Origin: Gammaproteobacteria bacterium
GTDB lineage: Bacteria; Pseudomonadota; Gammaproteobacteria; G965277405
DNA: 64,000 bases
Direction of reading: 5' to 3'
Assembly: GCA_965277405.1 (NCBI GenBank)
Contig: OZ255726.1
Coordinates: forward strand, 1,408,001 to 1,472,000
This document shows positions 54,577 to 64,000 of this stretch, one piece after another. The first letter of the stretch is position 1. Every line of letters starts with the position of its first letter. The notes under the pieces were generated by a model that worked only from the letters and a program-made list of their open reading frames with translations, had not been told where the DNA came from and did no database searches. The translations under genes and the position numbers were made by a program.

Positions 54577-54686
54577 TTAGGGAAACTCTAATTAGGATAT
54601 GCTGACCGTAGCGGATAACACCATAACCAGCAATGTTATAGCATAGTGCGTTATTGTTCTGAACATTTAGTGGCGGGTATCCAAGC

Positions 54687-55769
54687 ATGATGATGCAACG
54701 GCGTCATTCATTAGTTGTTCGTGTTGGTTCCTGCGTTGTTGGCGGCGATGCGCCAGTGAGTGTGCAAAGCATGACGAATACCCCAACGTCTGATGTTGTT
54801 GCGACTGTTGCGCAAATCAAACAACTTGAGCAAGCTGGCGCAGATATTGTTAGAATTTCTGTGCCAGATAGTGCTTGTGTCGCTGCGTTTACCGCAATTC
54901 GCCAACAAGTAGATATTCCGCTGGTTGCCGATATTCATTTTGATCATTCTATTGCACTTGAAGTAGCAAAAGTTGGTGCGGATTGTTTGCGGATTAACCC
55001 TGGCAATATTGGCTCCGAACGTAAAATAACCGAAGTTATTCAATGCGCGAAACACCTTGATATTCCAATTCGTATTGGCGTGAATGCAGGTTCTTTAGAG
55101 AAGGATTTACAACGCAAATATGGTGAGCCGACAGCAGCAGCGTTGGTCGAGTCGGCAATGCGCCATGTGTCAATTTTACAGCGCCATAAGTTTGCACATT
55201 TTAAAGTCAGCGTTAAAGCCTCAGATGTGGCAATGTCGGTTGATGCGTATACGGCATTAGCAAAAGAAATCGAGCAACCGTTGCACCTTGGGATTACTGA
55301 ATCTGGAGGTATCCGCAATGGCGCAGTGCGCTCGGCAATTGGGATAGGCATGTTATTAGCTCGAGGGATTGGCGATACTATTAGGGTATCGTTGGCAGCA
55401 GACCCTGTAGAAGAAGTCAAAGTCGGTTGGGATATGTTAAAAGCGCTCAAGCTGCGTAGTCGCGGGGTAAACTTGATTGCCTGCCCGAGTTGTTCTAGAC
55501 AGAATTTTGACGTGATTGGCACGGTCAACGCATTGGAACAACGGTTTGAAGACATTGTCGACCCGATTGATATCGCCATCATTGGCTGTTATGTAAATGG
55601 CCCAGGTGAGTCGCGAGAAGTTGCGTTGGGTGTCACTGGCGGACCAAAAGATAATCTTATTTTTAGTGACGGCAAACCTGCTGATCGTGTTTCCAACGCA
55701 GCATTGCTCGATACATTCGAAGCCATGGTTCGAAAAAAAATTCACGGTGGCAGCGCTCCAAATGTGTAG
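54687..55769 (+). CDS. ispG: HMBPP synthase IspG
   Basis: [48 protein letters not shown]. Confidence 0.98.
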   Translation: MMMQRRHSLVVRVGSCVVGGDAPVSVQSMTNTPTSDVVATVAQIKQLEQAGADIVRISVPDSACVAAFTAIRQQVDIPLVADIHFDHSIALEVAKVGADCLRINPGNIGSERKITEVIQCAKHLDIPIRIGVNAGSLEKDLQRKYGEPTAAALVESAMRHVSILQRHKFAHFKVSVKASDVAMSVDAYTALAKEIEQPLHLGITESGGIRNGAVRSAIGIGMLLARGIGDTIRVSLAADPVEEVKVGWDMLKALKLRSRGVNLIACPSCSRQNFDVIGTVNALEQRFEDIVDPIDIAIIGCYVNGPGESREVALGVTGGPKDNLIFSDGKPADRVSNAALLDTFEAMVRKKIHGGSAPNV

Positions 55770-58032
55770 CGCCTTCATCACCACAGTTAAGCGTCAATAT
55801 CGCGGTACTATGTTGTCGCTATGTGCTGTATTTCTTGTTGGCTGTGCGACGCATGTAAGTAATGTTGAGTTTGAGGAAGCTAAGCAAACGCAACGCGTTG
55901 TTGAGGAAGCTAAGCAAACGCAACGCGTTGTTAAAGAAACTGCTATGGTGGAAATACACGCATGGAGTGATGATGAGCTGATATCTAGAGAAAACATTGA
56001 TAGCACAGAAAACTTTAGCGTTGCAACTGATATAGCAGAACTTGAGGGAGCAGCAGAGAATGTTGCAGCAAAATATACAGCAGCGCGATCGTTATATAAT
56101 TTGCAACTATACGCGCTGGCACTTTCAGAGTTACATAGCGCCCCACAGCCAGAATCACTCTATGACCAGCAGCATGTCGATTGGCGGCGACTTGAATTTA
56201 AGTTGTGTCAATTCATGTACGACACCCGGTGCATTATTGATAGTGCCGCGTCGTTATTTCTGTTGGTGAATAGCACAGAAAAACAACAAATCAATGATGC
56301 TGCCCTGCGAACATTGTTAGCAATCCCACCATTTGTTTTCAACCAACAATGGCGAGAATATCAAGCAGCACAGGCTGTCGGCGAGACATCAACAGCAGAT
56401 ATTATTGAAATTGGCGATGTGTCGAAAAAACTATTCATTGGCAATGAAGGGCAGATTCACATGCTCCCAGGCCAGATTGACAAGCGCGGGCTATTCGCTG
56501 GTTGGGCTGCATTATTACGCTTGCTGCGCTTTGACTTGCAACACAGTGATGAGCTATTTCAAGGGTTTTCACAATGGCAGGCTACACATCCATCACACCC
56601 ACTAGCCATTGTTCCACCATTACTATTACAACCACAGCTGGTAGCAATACAGCCAATCCGCAATGTAGCGGTAATGCTACCATTTAGCGGAGGATTGCAA
56701 GCCATTGGTAAAACGATCCAACAGGGTATGCAAACGACGGCGTCAACATTGTTGCAATACCAATTTTATAATGTCTACGATGCAGCATCGCTGCAACTAG
56801 CGATTGCTACGATAGAGCAGAGTCCTGTAGATATTATTCTTGGACCGATTCAATCACCGTTGATTAAAACACTGCTACAACAGCATTGTTGTACCCCAGT
56901 CATCGCTTTCAATACCGTTTCCGTCAATCCGAATTTTGTTACCAATCAGAATTATTGGCAATATGGATTATTTCAACGCGACGATATAGACAGAATCGCC
57001 TATGCAATCACCCAAACGGATCAATTACCCAAGCAAATAAACGCGTATGCACTGACAGCAAGTTCAACCGAGCCAAAAGATATTGATCGTTTATTATTAG
57101 ACTGGCAGTTGCTGAATCACAAAATTTTGCCGCAATCTTTTAAGAAGATTAGTCAATTAAATGAATATATTTCAAGACTTACTGGTGTCAGCGGGGTTGA
57201 TATAAAAAAATTAAAAGCACTGAATAGACAACATAAAAAATTGATGGAACGTGCTGCTCTGCTGCCCCCCCTTGTCAATATATTACAAGATGCAATCCGT
57301 GCAGACCGGCAATTGCGCATAGCAGAACAACAACAGCTGCAGGACTATTTAGATACCAGCGCGGATATTACATTACAGTCTACTGCAAAGACGATATTTG
57401 ATGAAGCTAATAGCGTAGCTCAAAATTTGCGGCGGATTAACATGCAGTTGGATAACATCCAGAAAAAAGTGTCGATAAACTTTCTTGTGTATTTGGGAAA
57501 TGCAACAGGCAGTAGGCAATTAAGACCTTCGCTTAATTTTTATCTGGCAGAGGATATTCCTGTATATATGACATCACGCGGTTTCAAGATTGGTAGTGAT
57601 GCAATTACCAAGCGTGATTTACACGGAGTTTTTTTTAGCGATATTCCCAAGGTGAATATACCAGTTGAATACTGGGGCTATCCACTCAAAAAACCAGTGG
57701 AACAGAGTTTAGTGCGGTTGTATGCAATGGGCTTGGATGCAGGACGGCTTGCCCAGCAGTTTCGGTTTCTTTCGCAACATTCTGGTGTTTTAGTCGCTGG
57801 AGACACAGGCAGAATCGGCTTTGATAACGACAAAAAGCAGATCATCCGCATTCCTGCGATGTTTATGGTGATGAATGAGAAAATCAAAGCGTATGACCCA
57901 GATGCCATTGCATGCTTACCACCTGCTATAGATAGCCTAACAAATGCTAAATTTCCAACGCAAACAACTGACACAGAAAAAGATATGGCGTTTACTCGGC
58001 GGCAAAACACGATTTATATCAACTGTAACTGA
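55762..58032 (+). CDS. lpoA: Penicillin-binding protein activator LpoA (LppC family lipoprotein)
   Basis: Lipobox LVGC, W...HP.HP, VA.MLP.SG, GP, P.LNFY....[23 protein letters not shown]; precedes yraN. Confidence 0.85.
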   Translation: MCSAFITTVKRQYRGTMLSLCAVFLVGCATHVSNVEFEEAKQTQRVVEEAKQTQRVVKETAMVEIHAWSDDELISRENIDSTENFSVATDIAELEGAAENVAAKYTAARSLYNLQLYALALSELHSAPQPESLYDQQHVDWRRLEFKLCQFMYDTRCIIDSAASLFLLVNSTEKQQINDAALRTLLAIPPFVFNQQWREYQAAQAVGETSTADIIEIGDVSKKLFIGNEGQIHMLPGQIDKRGLFAGWAALLRLLRFDLQHSDELFQGFSQWQATHPSHPLAIVPPLLLQPQLVAIQPIRNVAVMLPFSGGLQAIGKTIQQGMQTTASTLLQYQFYNVYDAASLQLAIATIEQSPVDIILGPIQSPLIKTLLQQHCCTPVIAFNTVSVNPNFVTNQNYWQYGLFQRDDIDRIAYAITQTDQLPKQINAYALTASSTEPKDIDRLLLDWQLLNHKILPQSFKKISQLNEYISRLTGVSGVDIKKLKALNRQHKKLMERAALLPPLVNILQDAIRADRQLRIAEQQQLQDYLDTSADITLQSTAKTIFDEANSVAQNLRRINMQLDNIQKKVSINFLVYLGNATGSRQLRPSLNFYLAEDIPVYMTSRGFKIGSDAITKRDLHGVFFSDIPKVNIPVEYWGYPLKKPVEQSLVRLYAMGLDAGRLAQQFRFLSQHSGVLVAGDTGRIGFDNDKKQIIRIPAMFMVMNEKIKAYDPDAIACLPPAIDSLTNAKFPTQTTDTEKDMAFTRRQNTIYINCN

Positions 58033-58393
58033 ATACATTGCGCGCTGGTATTTGCGGGCGCACGGGGTGTCGATTGTTGCCTGTAACTACGGTTTCTTGC
58101 AACCACCTATGGCAATAGCAACAACAAAGCCACGCTTTCGTGGCGGTGAGATCGATATTATCGGCAGCCACCATGGAGTGCTGGTGTTTATTGAGGTGCG
58201 TTTTCGCAGAAATACATTGTTTTCTACTCCACTTGAATCGATAAGCAAAAAAAAATTTTATACTATGCAGCGAACGGCGCAAAAGTATAGAAACCAGACC
58301 GCTACACAACACATGCCGTGCCGATTTGACTGTATAGCGCTGGTGCTGCATCCTCCATCGATAACATGGTTTAAGGGCATCGCAGCAAAGTAA
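57944..58393 (+). CDS. yraN: YraN (UPF0102) family nuclease-like protein
   Basis: GEIDII, LVFIEVRFR, ESI...K, CRFD. Confidence 0.88.
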   Translation: MLNFQRKQLTQKKIWRLLGGKTRFISTVTEYIARWYLRAHGVSIVACNYGFLQPPMAIATTKPRFRGGEIDIIGSHHGVLVFIEVRFRRNTLFSTPLESISKKKFYTMQRTAQKYRNQTATQHMPCRFDCIALVLHPPSITWFKGIAAK

Positions 58394-58422
58394 TATCTTA
58401 AAACTGCAAGATAGCACCACTT

Positions 58423-59514
58423 ATGAAGCCACAAATACCCACACATATTCAATCATTACCCGCCTACCAAGGCGGAAAACCTATTGAAGAGGTTAAACGA
58501 GATTATGGTGTAGCTATAATTTATAAACTCGCGAGTAATGAATCGCATTTGCCGCCAAGCCAGAGGGTAATGGCAGCAATGCGGCATTCATTAGCAACAG
58601 TTGCTCAGTATCCAGACGGCAATGGCTGGAATCTCAAACAAGCACTTGCTAAAAAACATAGCATTGAAATCTCACAAATCACCATCGGCAATGGCTCGAG
58701 TGAAATTTTTGATTTTATGCTCCGCGTATTTGCAACAACAGGCGATTCAATAGTAGTCAGCGAATATGCGTTCATCATGTATAAACTTGTGGCGCAATCG
58801 TTGGGGGTTCGCTGCATCGTTGCCCCAGCGCTTAAGTATGGGCATGACTTAGACGCGATGTTAGCCGCGATTGACGACAGCACCCGCATTGTGTTTGTAG
58901 CCAACCCCAACAACCCTACTGGTACCATGATTGATCGAGATGATGTTCATACGTTCTGTCATCAAGTTCCAGAGCACATCATGATAGTGATTGATGAGGC
59001 CTACATCGATTTTGAAGACGATAGCGATAATTCGTTACCATGGATCAGCCAGCTGCCAAATATCGTGGTCAGCCGAACATTTTCCAAGGCGTTTGCGCTC
59101 GCTGGGATGCGCGTCGGCTATGCAATAAGCTCGGCTGCAGTGGCAGAACTGATGAATAGAGTCCGACCGCCATTTAATGTCACCACGCCAGCACTTGCAG
59201 CCGCGACGGCTGCGTGTCAAGAAGACGCATGGCTGGTAAATAGTGTGGAGCAACGCCATGTTGGCTGCCAACTGCTGCGCAGTATAAGTGCAGCGCTTGA
59301 GCTTAAAACGCTTGGTGCTCATGGTAATTTTGTTACCATACAACTGCCTGAGAACACCACAGCAGGACAAGTAAGCCACGATTTACTCGAGCATGGCTAT
59401 ATCACCAGAGATCTGACGAATTATGGCATGCCAGCTTATCTGCGCGTCAGTCTTGCAGATAATGCTGTGCTCAACAGTTTTGCAGTAGCTTTTCGCTCAG
59501 TATTGGGACGATGA
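58423..59514 (+). CDS. hisC: Histidinol-phosphate aminotransferase
   Basis: YQGGKP, KLASNE, GNGS, NPNNPTG, DEAY, RTFSKA..LAG.R.GY. Confidence 0.95.
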   Translation: MKPQIPTHIQSLPAYQGGKPIEEVKRDYGVAIIYKLASNESHLPPSQRVMAAMRHSLATVAQYPDGNGWNLKQALAKKHSIEISQITIGNGSSEIFDFMLRVFATTGDSIVVSEYAFIMYKLVAQSLGVRCIVAPALKYGHDLDAMLAAIDDSTRIVFVANPNNPTGTMIDRDDVHTFCHQVPEHIMIVIDEAYIDFEDDSDNSLPWISQLPNIVVSRTFSKAFALAGMRVGYAISSAAVAELMNRVRPPFNVTTPALAAATAACQEDAWLVNSVEQRHVGCQLLRSISAALELKTLGAHGNFVTIQLPENTTAGQVSHDLLEHGYITRDLTNYGMPAYLRVSLADNAVLNSFAVAFRSVLGR

Positions 59515-61775
59515 ATACAGTCGTTTGCATTGTTGGTCTTGGCTTGATTGGCGGCTCGCTCGGCAAAGGGCTGCGCGCCAAAGGCTATGCCAGAGTTATT
59601 GGCGTCGACACCCATCTACCAAGTATCCAGCAGGCCAAAGCAGTTGGAGCGATTGATGAAATAGTTAGTTTAGCAGATGGATTAGCTCGCGCTGACATTG
59701 TTGTATTAGCCACCCCAGTACAAACATTTGCACAACTGGCACAGGCATGCGCGCAGCATTGTCAAAGCCATACCATCATCACCGATGTCGGCAGCACCAA
59801 GGTTAGCATGATTGCAGCATTCAAGCGCGCGTTTGCTGGGGTTCTCCCGCCACGGGTCATTCCAGCCCATCCCCTAGCAGGTGGCGAGCGGGTTGGCATC
59901 AATGCCGCGCAAGCCAGTTTATTTGAACATGCATTAGTGTTTTTAATCCGTGAAGAAGGCTGCGATTCACCAGCATTTCAAGCAGTGTTTGAAATGTGGA
60001 AAACCCTCGGCGCATCTCCTGTTGTGCTCAGCAGTGAATACCATGATCAAGTGCTCGCTGCGACCAGCCATTTACCCCATTTGCTTTCTTTTGCCTTGGT
60101 TGAGTTTTTAGCGAGTAAAAGTGAAAAATATGATATTTTTCGTTTCGCCAGTGGTGGATTTCGTGATTTCACCCGCATCGCATCGAGCAGCCCAGCGATG
60201 TGGCGCGACATTTTTTTAGCAAACAAACAACCAATACTTGAGCAAATTCGAGGGTTGCAACAAACACTCACTACCTTTGCGACAAAAATTGAGAACGAAG
60301 ATGCACAAGGGCTTGAACAATCATTACTGATAGCAAAAACAGCACGGGACTATTACGCACAAGGGCTTATGAAAAAACAACGTCGACCACAGCGCACTGC
60401 TGCAGCAATAACATGGAAATGCAGCGGCAAGCAACTCCAAGGTCAAATTGATATTCCTGGTGATAAATCTATTTCGCATCGTGCCATGATGCTTGGTGCT
60501 GTGGCAGAAGGTAGTACCAACATTCGCAATTTTTTAGAAAGCGAGGACTGCATGGCTACCTTGAATGCGTTTATTGATATGGGGGTTGCAATTGAAGGCC
60601 CGTTTCAAGGCAGTGTACACATTCATGGTGTCGGTCTGCGAGGTCTGCGCACTCCATTACGCCCGCTTGAAATGGGTAACTCTGGCACAGGGATGCGCTT
60701 GCTGGCAGGGCTGCTTGCTGGGCAAACATTTAGCAGTCAAATTCAAGGAGATGAGTCGTTAAATAGCAGACCAATGCAGCGGATTATTACCCCGCTGCGC
60801 CAGATGGCAGCCAACATTGCTGGTACACAAACAGGAACAGCTCCGTTGTTGATTGATGCAAGTGAACAGCTCCTAGGGATTCACTACGAGCTGCCTGTCG
60901 CCAGTGCTCAGGTAAAGTCAGCGCTATTGTTGGCGGGGATGTATGCTGATGCGGCTACGGTTATTCGCTCAAAACAAGTTACCAGAGACCATACCGAACG
61001 GATGATGCGCGCCTTTGATTGTCGTATTCAAGCTACATTTATCGATGGTATGTATACACAAACACTGCAAGGGCATGCACGACCACGTGGCTGTGACATT
61101 CGCGTCCCAGGCGATATTTCATCTGCTGCATTTTTTATTGGTGGCGCGTGTATCGCCCCGAATAGTTCATTAGTATTGCGTAATGTTGGGATAAACCCAA
61201 CGCGCGACGGGATACTAACAATCCTCAAAGCAATGGGTGCTCATATAACTTTTACAAATGCAACTGGAGACGATTTTGAGCCAGTAGCAGATATTGAAAT
61301 CGAACACCGCCGCCTGGTTGGTATCGATGTGCCTGCGGTGTTAGTGCCGCTGGCAATCGACGAGCTACCCTTGATTATGGCAGTTGCCGCGTGTGCCGAT
61401 GGGGTGACTACCATCCGCGGTGCCGCAGAATTGCGGGTGAAGGAATCAGACAGAATTGCGGCAATGGTGGATGGACTGCAAGTGCTGGGACTGACCGCAG
61501 AAGCGACTGCGGACGGTGCAATTATCCAAGGGGTTGGTCACGGTAATACCGTGTCTGGTGGCACGGTCAATAGTCAAGGAGACCATCGTATCGCTATGGC
61601 ATTTACGATGTTGGCGTTGCGCAGTTCTGCCCCAATCATAATTGAAGATTGCGCAAATGTTGCTACGTCGTTTCCGAATTTCGCGGTGCTGGCAAGACAA
61701 ACTGGTATTACCATTGAAGTTAAAGAGCCGTTGCAGCAATCTTGCAGCGGCGGGTCAGATGCACCGCTGCTGTAA
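59511..61775 (+). CDS. aroA: Bifunctional prephenate/cyclohexadienyl dehydrogenase - EPSP synthase (TyrA-AroA fusion)
   Basis: N-terminal GLGLIGGS, DVGSTK, HP.AG.E, SHLPH, RDFTRIA; C-terminal PGDKSISHR, GNSGT, SAQVKS, RVKESDR, DHRIAM. Confidence 0.96.
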   Translation: MNTVVCIVGLGLIGGSLGKGLRAKGYARVIGVDTHLPSIQQAKAVGAIDEIVSLADGLARADIVVLATPVQTFAQLAQACAQHCQSHTIITDVGSTKVSMIAAFKRAFAGVLPPRVIPAHPLAGGERVGINAAQASLFEHALVFLIREEGCDSPAFQAVFEMWKTLGASPVVLSSEYHDQVLAATSHLPHLLSFALVEFLASKSEKYDIFRFASGGFRDFTRIASSSPAMWRDIFLANKQPILEQIRGLQQTLTTFATKIENEDAQGLEQSLLIAKTARDYYAQGLMKKQRRPQRTAAAITWKCSGKQLQGQIDIPGDKSISHRAMMLGAVAEGSTNIRNFLESEDCMATLNAFIDMGVAIEGPFQGSVHIHGVGLRGLRTPLRPLEMGNSGTGMRLLAGLLAGQTFSSQIQGDESLNSRPMQRIITPLRQMAANIAGTQTGTAPLLIDASEQLLGIHYELPVASAQVKSALLLAGMYADAATVIRSKQVTRDHTERMMRAFDCRIQATFIDGMYTQTLQGHARPRGCDIRVPGDISSAAFFIGGACIAPNSSLVLRNVGINPTRDGILTILKAMGAHITFTNATGDDFEPVADIEIEHRRLVGIDVPAVLVPLAIDELPLIMAVAACADGVTTIRGAAELRVKESDRIAAMVDGLQVLGLTAEATADGAIIQGVGHGNTVSGGTVNSQGDHRIAMAFTMLALRSSAPIIIEDCANVATSFPNFAVLARQTGITIEVKEPLQQSCSGGSDAPLL

Positions 61776-61828
61776 AGAACCAGGCAATAGCTGTTGGCAA
61801 ACTCGATGGCAATTTTGAGATTTTTTTA

Positions 61829-62467
61829 ATGAAGGTACGCATCATCACCATAGATGGACCAAGCGGGGTTGGTAAAGGCACGCTTGCAAAAAAAATTGCC
61901 GCTGTCTATGGCTATCATGTATTAGCAAGCGGGATGTTATACCGCGCGGTTGCTTTGATCGCCCAACAACGGCAATGTTTTGATGTTGAGCAATTACTGC
62001 CGCATTTACACCAGCTAGATTTATGTTGGCAGCAGCAACGCTATATTCTCAATGGTGAAGATGTGCACGGCGCACTCACCACAGAACAAACAGCGAAAAA
62101 CGCGTCTAAGCTCTCGAGTGACAGGCGGATTCGTGCGGCATTAGTCCAACGGCAACGCGATTTTGCCAAGCCGCCTGGGCTTGTTGCTGAAGGGCGGGAT
62201 ATGGGAACAATAGTGTTTGCTGATGCACAGATTAAAATATATTTAACAGCGTCTGTTGCCTGCAGAGCACAACGCCGCGCCGCGCAATTACAAGATGGCG
62301 ATATTCAAGCGATTACCCAACTAATGATTGAACGCGACAGACGAGATACGCAGCGCAGCCAAGCACCACTCAAACCAGCAGGCGATGCTGTCATTATAAA
62401 TACCAGCGCGCTTTCGTTCCAACAAGTCTTTGAAAAAACGCAAGGAATTATTCAAGGTGAGTTGTAA
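61829..62467 (+). CDS. cmk: Cytidylate kinase
   Basis: ITIDGPSGVGKGT, EGRDMGT.VF.DA, RA.RR, RD.RD..R. Confidence 0.96.
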   Translation: MKVRIITIDGPSGVGKGTLAKKIAAVYGYHVLASGMLYRAVALIAQQRQCFDVEQLLPHLHQLDLCWQQQRYILNGEDVHGALTTEQTAKNASKLSSDRRIRAALVQRQRDFAKPPGLVAEGRDMGTIVFADAQIKIYLTASVACRAQRRAAQLQDGDIQAITQLMIERDRRDTQRSQAPLKPAGDAVIINTSALSFQQVFEKTQGIIQGEL

Positions 62468-63209
62468 CGACGCATTGTTTGCGCAAATACGGTTTGTGTT
62501 GGTCGAAACCAGCCATCCTGGCAATATTGGTGCCGCAGCCAGAGCTATGAAAGTGATGGGGTTTCACCACCTGGTGTTGGTGCGTCCAAAAAAATTTCCC
62601 CATCCACAAGCGTTTTGGCGGGCAAAACATGCTGAAGACATTGTCGAAAATGCTGTTGTTGTCGCCACGTTAGCACAAGCAGTGGCCGACTGCCATTTTG
62701 TATATGGCACCAGTGCACGGCAACGCAGCTTACCATGGCCACGACAAAGTGCTCGGGCCTGTGCGCGTGATGCATATGCCGCGTTGCAGAGCAACGCTAA
62801 GACATCAATTGCTTTTGTTTTTGGTCGTGAAGATAGCGGTTTGAATAATGAGGAGTTGCAGCGCTGCACCAAACATGCCACAATTCCTGCCAATCGGCGG
62901 TATTCGTCATTGAACTTGGCGCAAGCGGTGCAAATTATTGCATATGAGTTGTTTCAATTGGCTGAGGAATCGCCACCACAAGTACCTGGCTCAGAGGACT
63001 GGGACGCGCCTGTTGCTCCGCAACACCAAGTGGAATTACTCCTCAAACATCTGGAACAAGTGCTGACACAAATTGAATTTTTTGATCAAGATAATCCGCG
63101 CAAACTCATGCCGAGAATGCGCAGGTTTTTTCAACGAGCCGTGCTCGATACTAATGAAGTAGGTATCTGGCGTGGCATACTGACCAGCATGCAAAAAAAT
63201 TGTAAATAA
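62457..63209 (+). CDS. trmJ: tRNA C32/U32 2'-O-methyltransferase TrmJ
   Basis: VLVETSHPGNIGAAARAMK, GTSAR, FGRE.SGL.NEEL, SLNLAQAV. Confidence 0.94.
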   Translation: MSCNDALFAQIRFVLVETSHPGNIGAAARAMKVMGFHHLVLVRPKKFPHPQAFWRAKHAEDIVENAVVVATLAQAVADCHFVYGTSARQRSLPWPRQSARACARDAYAALQSNAKTSIAFVFGREDSGLNNEELQRCTKHATIPANRRYSSLNLAQAVQIIAYELFQLAEESPPQVPGSEDWDAPVAPQHQVELLLKHLEQVLTQIEFFDQDNPRKLMPRMRRFFQRAVLDTNEVGIWRGILTSMQKNCK

Positions 63210-63228
63210 TTGAACTGTTATAAATACA

Positions 63229-63867
63229 ATGATTCATTTGATAGAAGATATCCAAACGATTCGCAGGCTTGACCCTGCATCACCTAATTCAATTGAAATT
63301 GTTTTAACATATGGTGGTCTCCACGCCATCTGGCTGTATCGAATCGGCCATAGGCTATGCCGTTGGCGGTTGCGGGTGTTGGGGCTGATGTTGTCGTATC
63401 TTGCCAAAATGATTACTGGGATAGAAATCCATCCGTCAGCAACAATTGGGCGACGATTTTTTATCGATCACGGTAGCGGCATTGTGATTGGTGGTACGGC
63501 TGTCATTGGCGATAATTGCACGTTATATCAAGGTGTAACTCTGGGTGGAATTTCGCTTGACCCAACAAAAAAACGTCATCCAACCCTAGAGGACTTTGTT
63601 ACTGTAGGTGCAGGCGCAAAAATACTTGGTGATATTGTGGTTGGTGCACACGCACAGATAGGCTCAAATGCTGTGGTGACCAAGCCCGTACCTGCAGGGG
63701 CGACAGTGATTGGCGTGCCTGGGCAGGTTGCCAACAAAACCAAAAAAAGTACGGCATTTCACCAATATGCGCACGACCCAAAATGTATTGACCCAATGCT
63801 GCAGCGGCTCAACGCCTTAGAAAAAGAAATCAAAGCGTTACAAGCTCAGCTCAAGAACGAGGAATAA
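63229..63867 (+). CDS. cysE: Serine O-acetyltransferase
   Basis: DPA, GIEIHP.A.IG...FIDHG, QGVTLGG, KRHPT. Confidence 0.96.
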   Translation: MIHLIEDIQTIRRLDPASPNSIEIVLTYGGLHAIWLYRIGHRLCRWRLRVLGLMLSYLAKMITGIEIHPSATIGRRFFIDHGSGIVIGGTAVIGDNCTLYQGVTLGGISLDPTKKRHPTLEDFVTVGAGAKILGDIVVGAHAQIGSNAVVTKPVPAGATVIGVPGQVANKTKKSTAFHQYAHDPKCIDPMLQRLNALEKEIKALQAQLKNEE

Positions 63868-63868
63868 C

Positions 63869-64000
63869 GTGGCGGCCCCTGTTTCTTTGCGAAAACGTTG
63901 CTTGTTGCAAGCATTGTGGTGGTGGATGCAGACATGGCGCTACGATGCCTTTCAGCTTGATTGCGAGCCAGCCGTAGTTGTGTTATGGCACCGCGATATT
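63869..64000 (+). CDS. 5' part of a hypothetical gene, possibly DUF374/acyltransferase-like (runs off window)
   Basis: GTG 1 bp after the cysE stop, open to the window end; TWR...P.VV.LWH pattern only. Confidence 0.35.
   Translation, partial: MAAPVSLRKRCLLQALWWWMQTWRYDAFQLDCEPAVVVLWHRDI

Noticed and set aside
54333-54605. ORFs within MITE copies (also 11590, 23928, 24040, 35665, 35709)
   Set aside because: Frames are not conserved between copies; non-coding repeat
59511-61775. TyrA-AroA fusion as a novelty
   Set aside because: Known fusion in Pseudomonas- and Acinetobacter-type Gammaproteobacteria

Overview
Gammaproteobacterial chromosome segment in two halves. Bases 1-24,250 are a defence and mobile-element island. 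It holds the 3' end of a type II-C CRISPR-Cas locus (cas1 tail, cas2, about 104 repeats of 36 bp), cut at its old end by an IS5. A DprA + phosphoribosyltransferase pair (ShosTA/DprA-PRTase-like anti-phage module) and a GNAT follow. There are five copies of one IS5 element, three of them head-to-tail and two with intact transposases. Prophage relics include P2-type gpD, a Dam-type methylase, and a MuF head protein with a HExxH extension plus an overlapping small partner gene. Decayed IS481 and IS1106-like elements and a 7-bp VNTR are also present. Bases 24,250-64,000 are compact housekeeping genes assembled from fragments of many canonical operons, peppered with a ~290-bp MITE that shares the IS5 terminal inverted repeats (TIRs). 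The most unusual signal is that this IS5/MITE family repeatedly sits 4 bp from copies or relics of its own terminus, giving concatemers and, at rodZ, an insertion that leaves the protein C-terminus unchanged. All calls come from reading motifs by eye; no database search was run.
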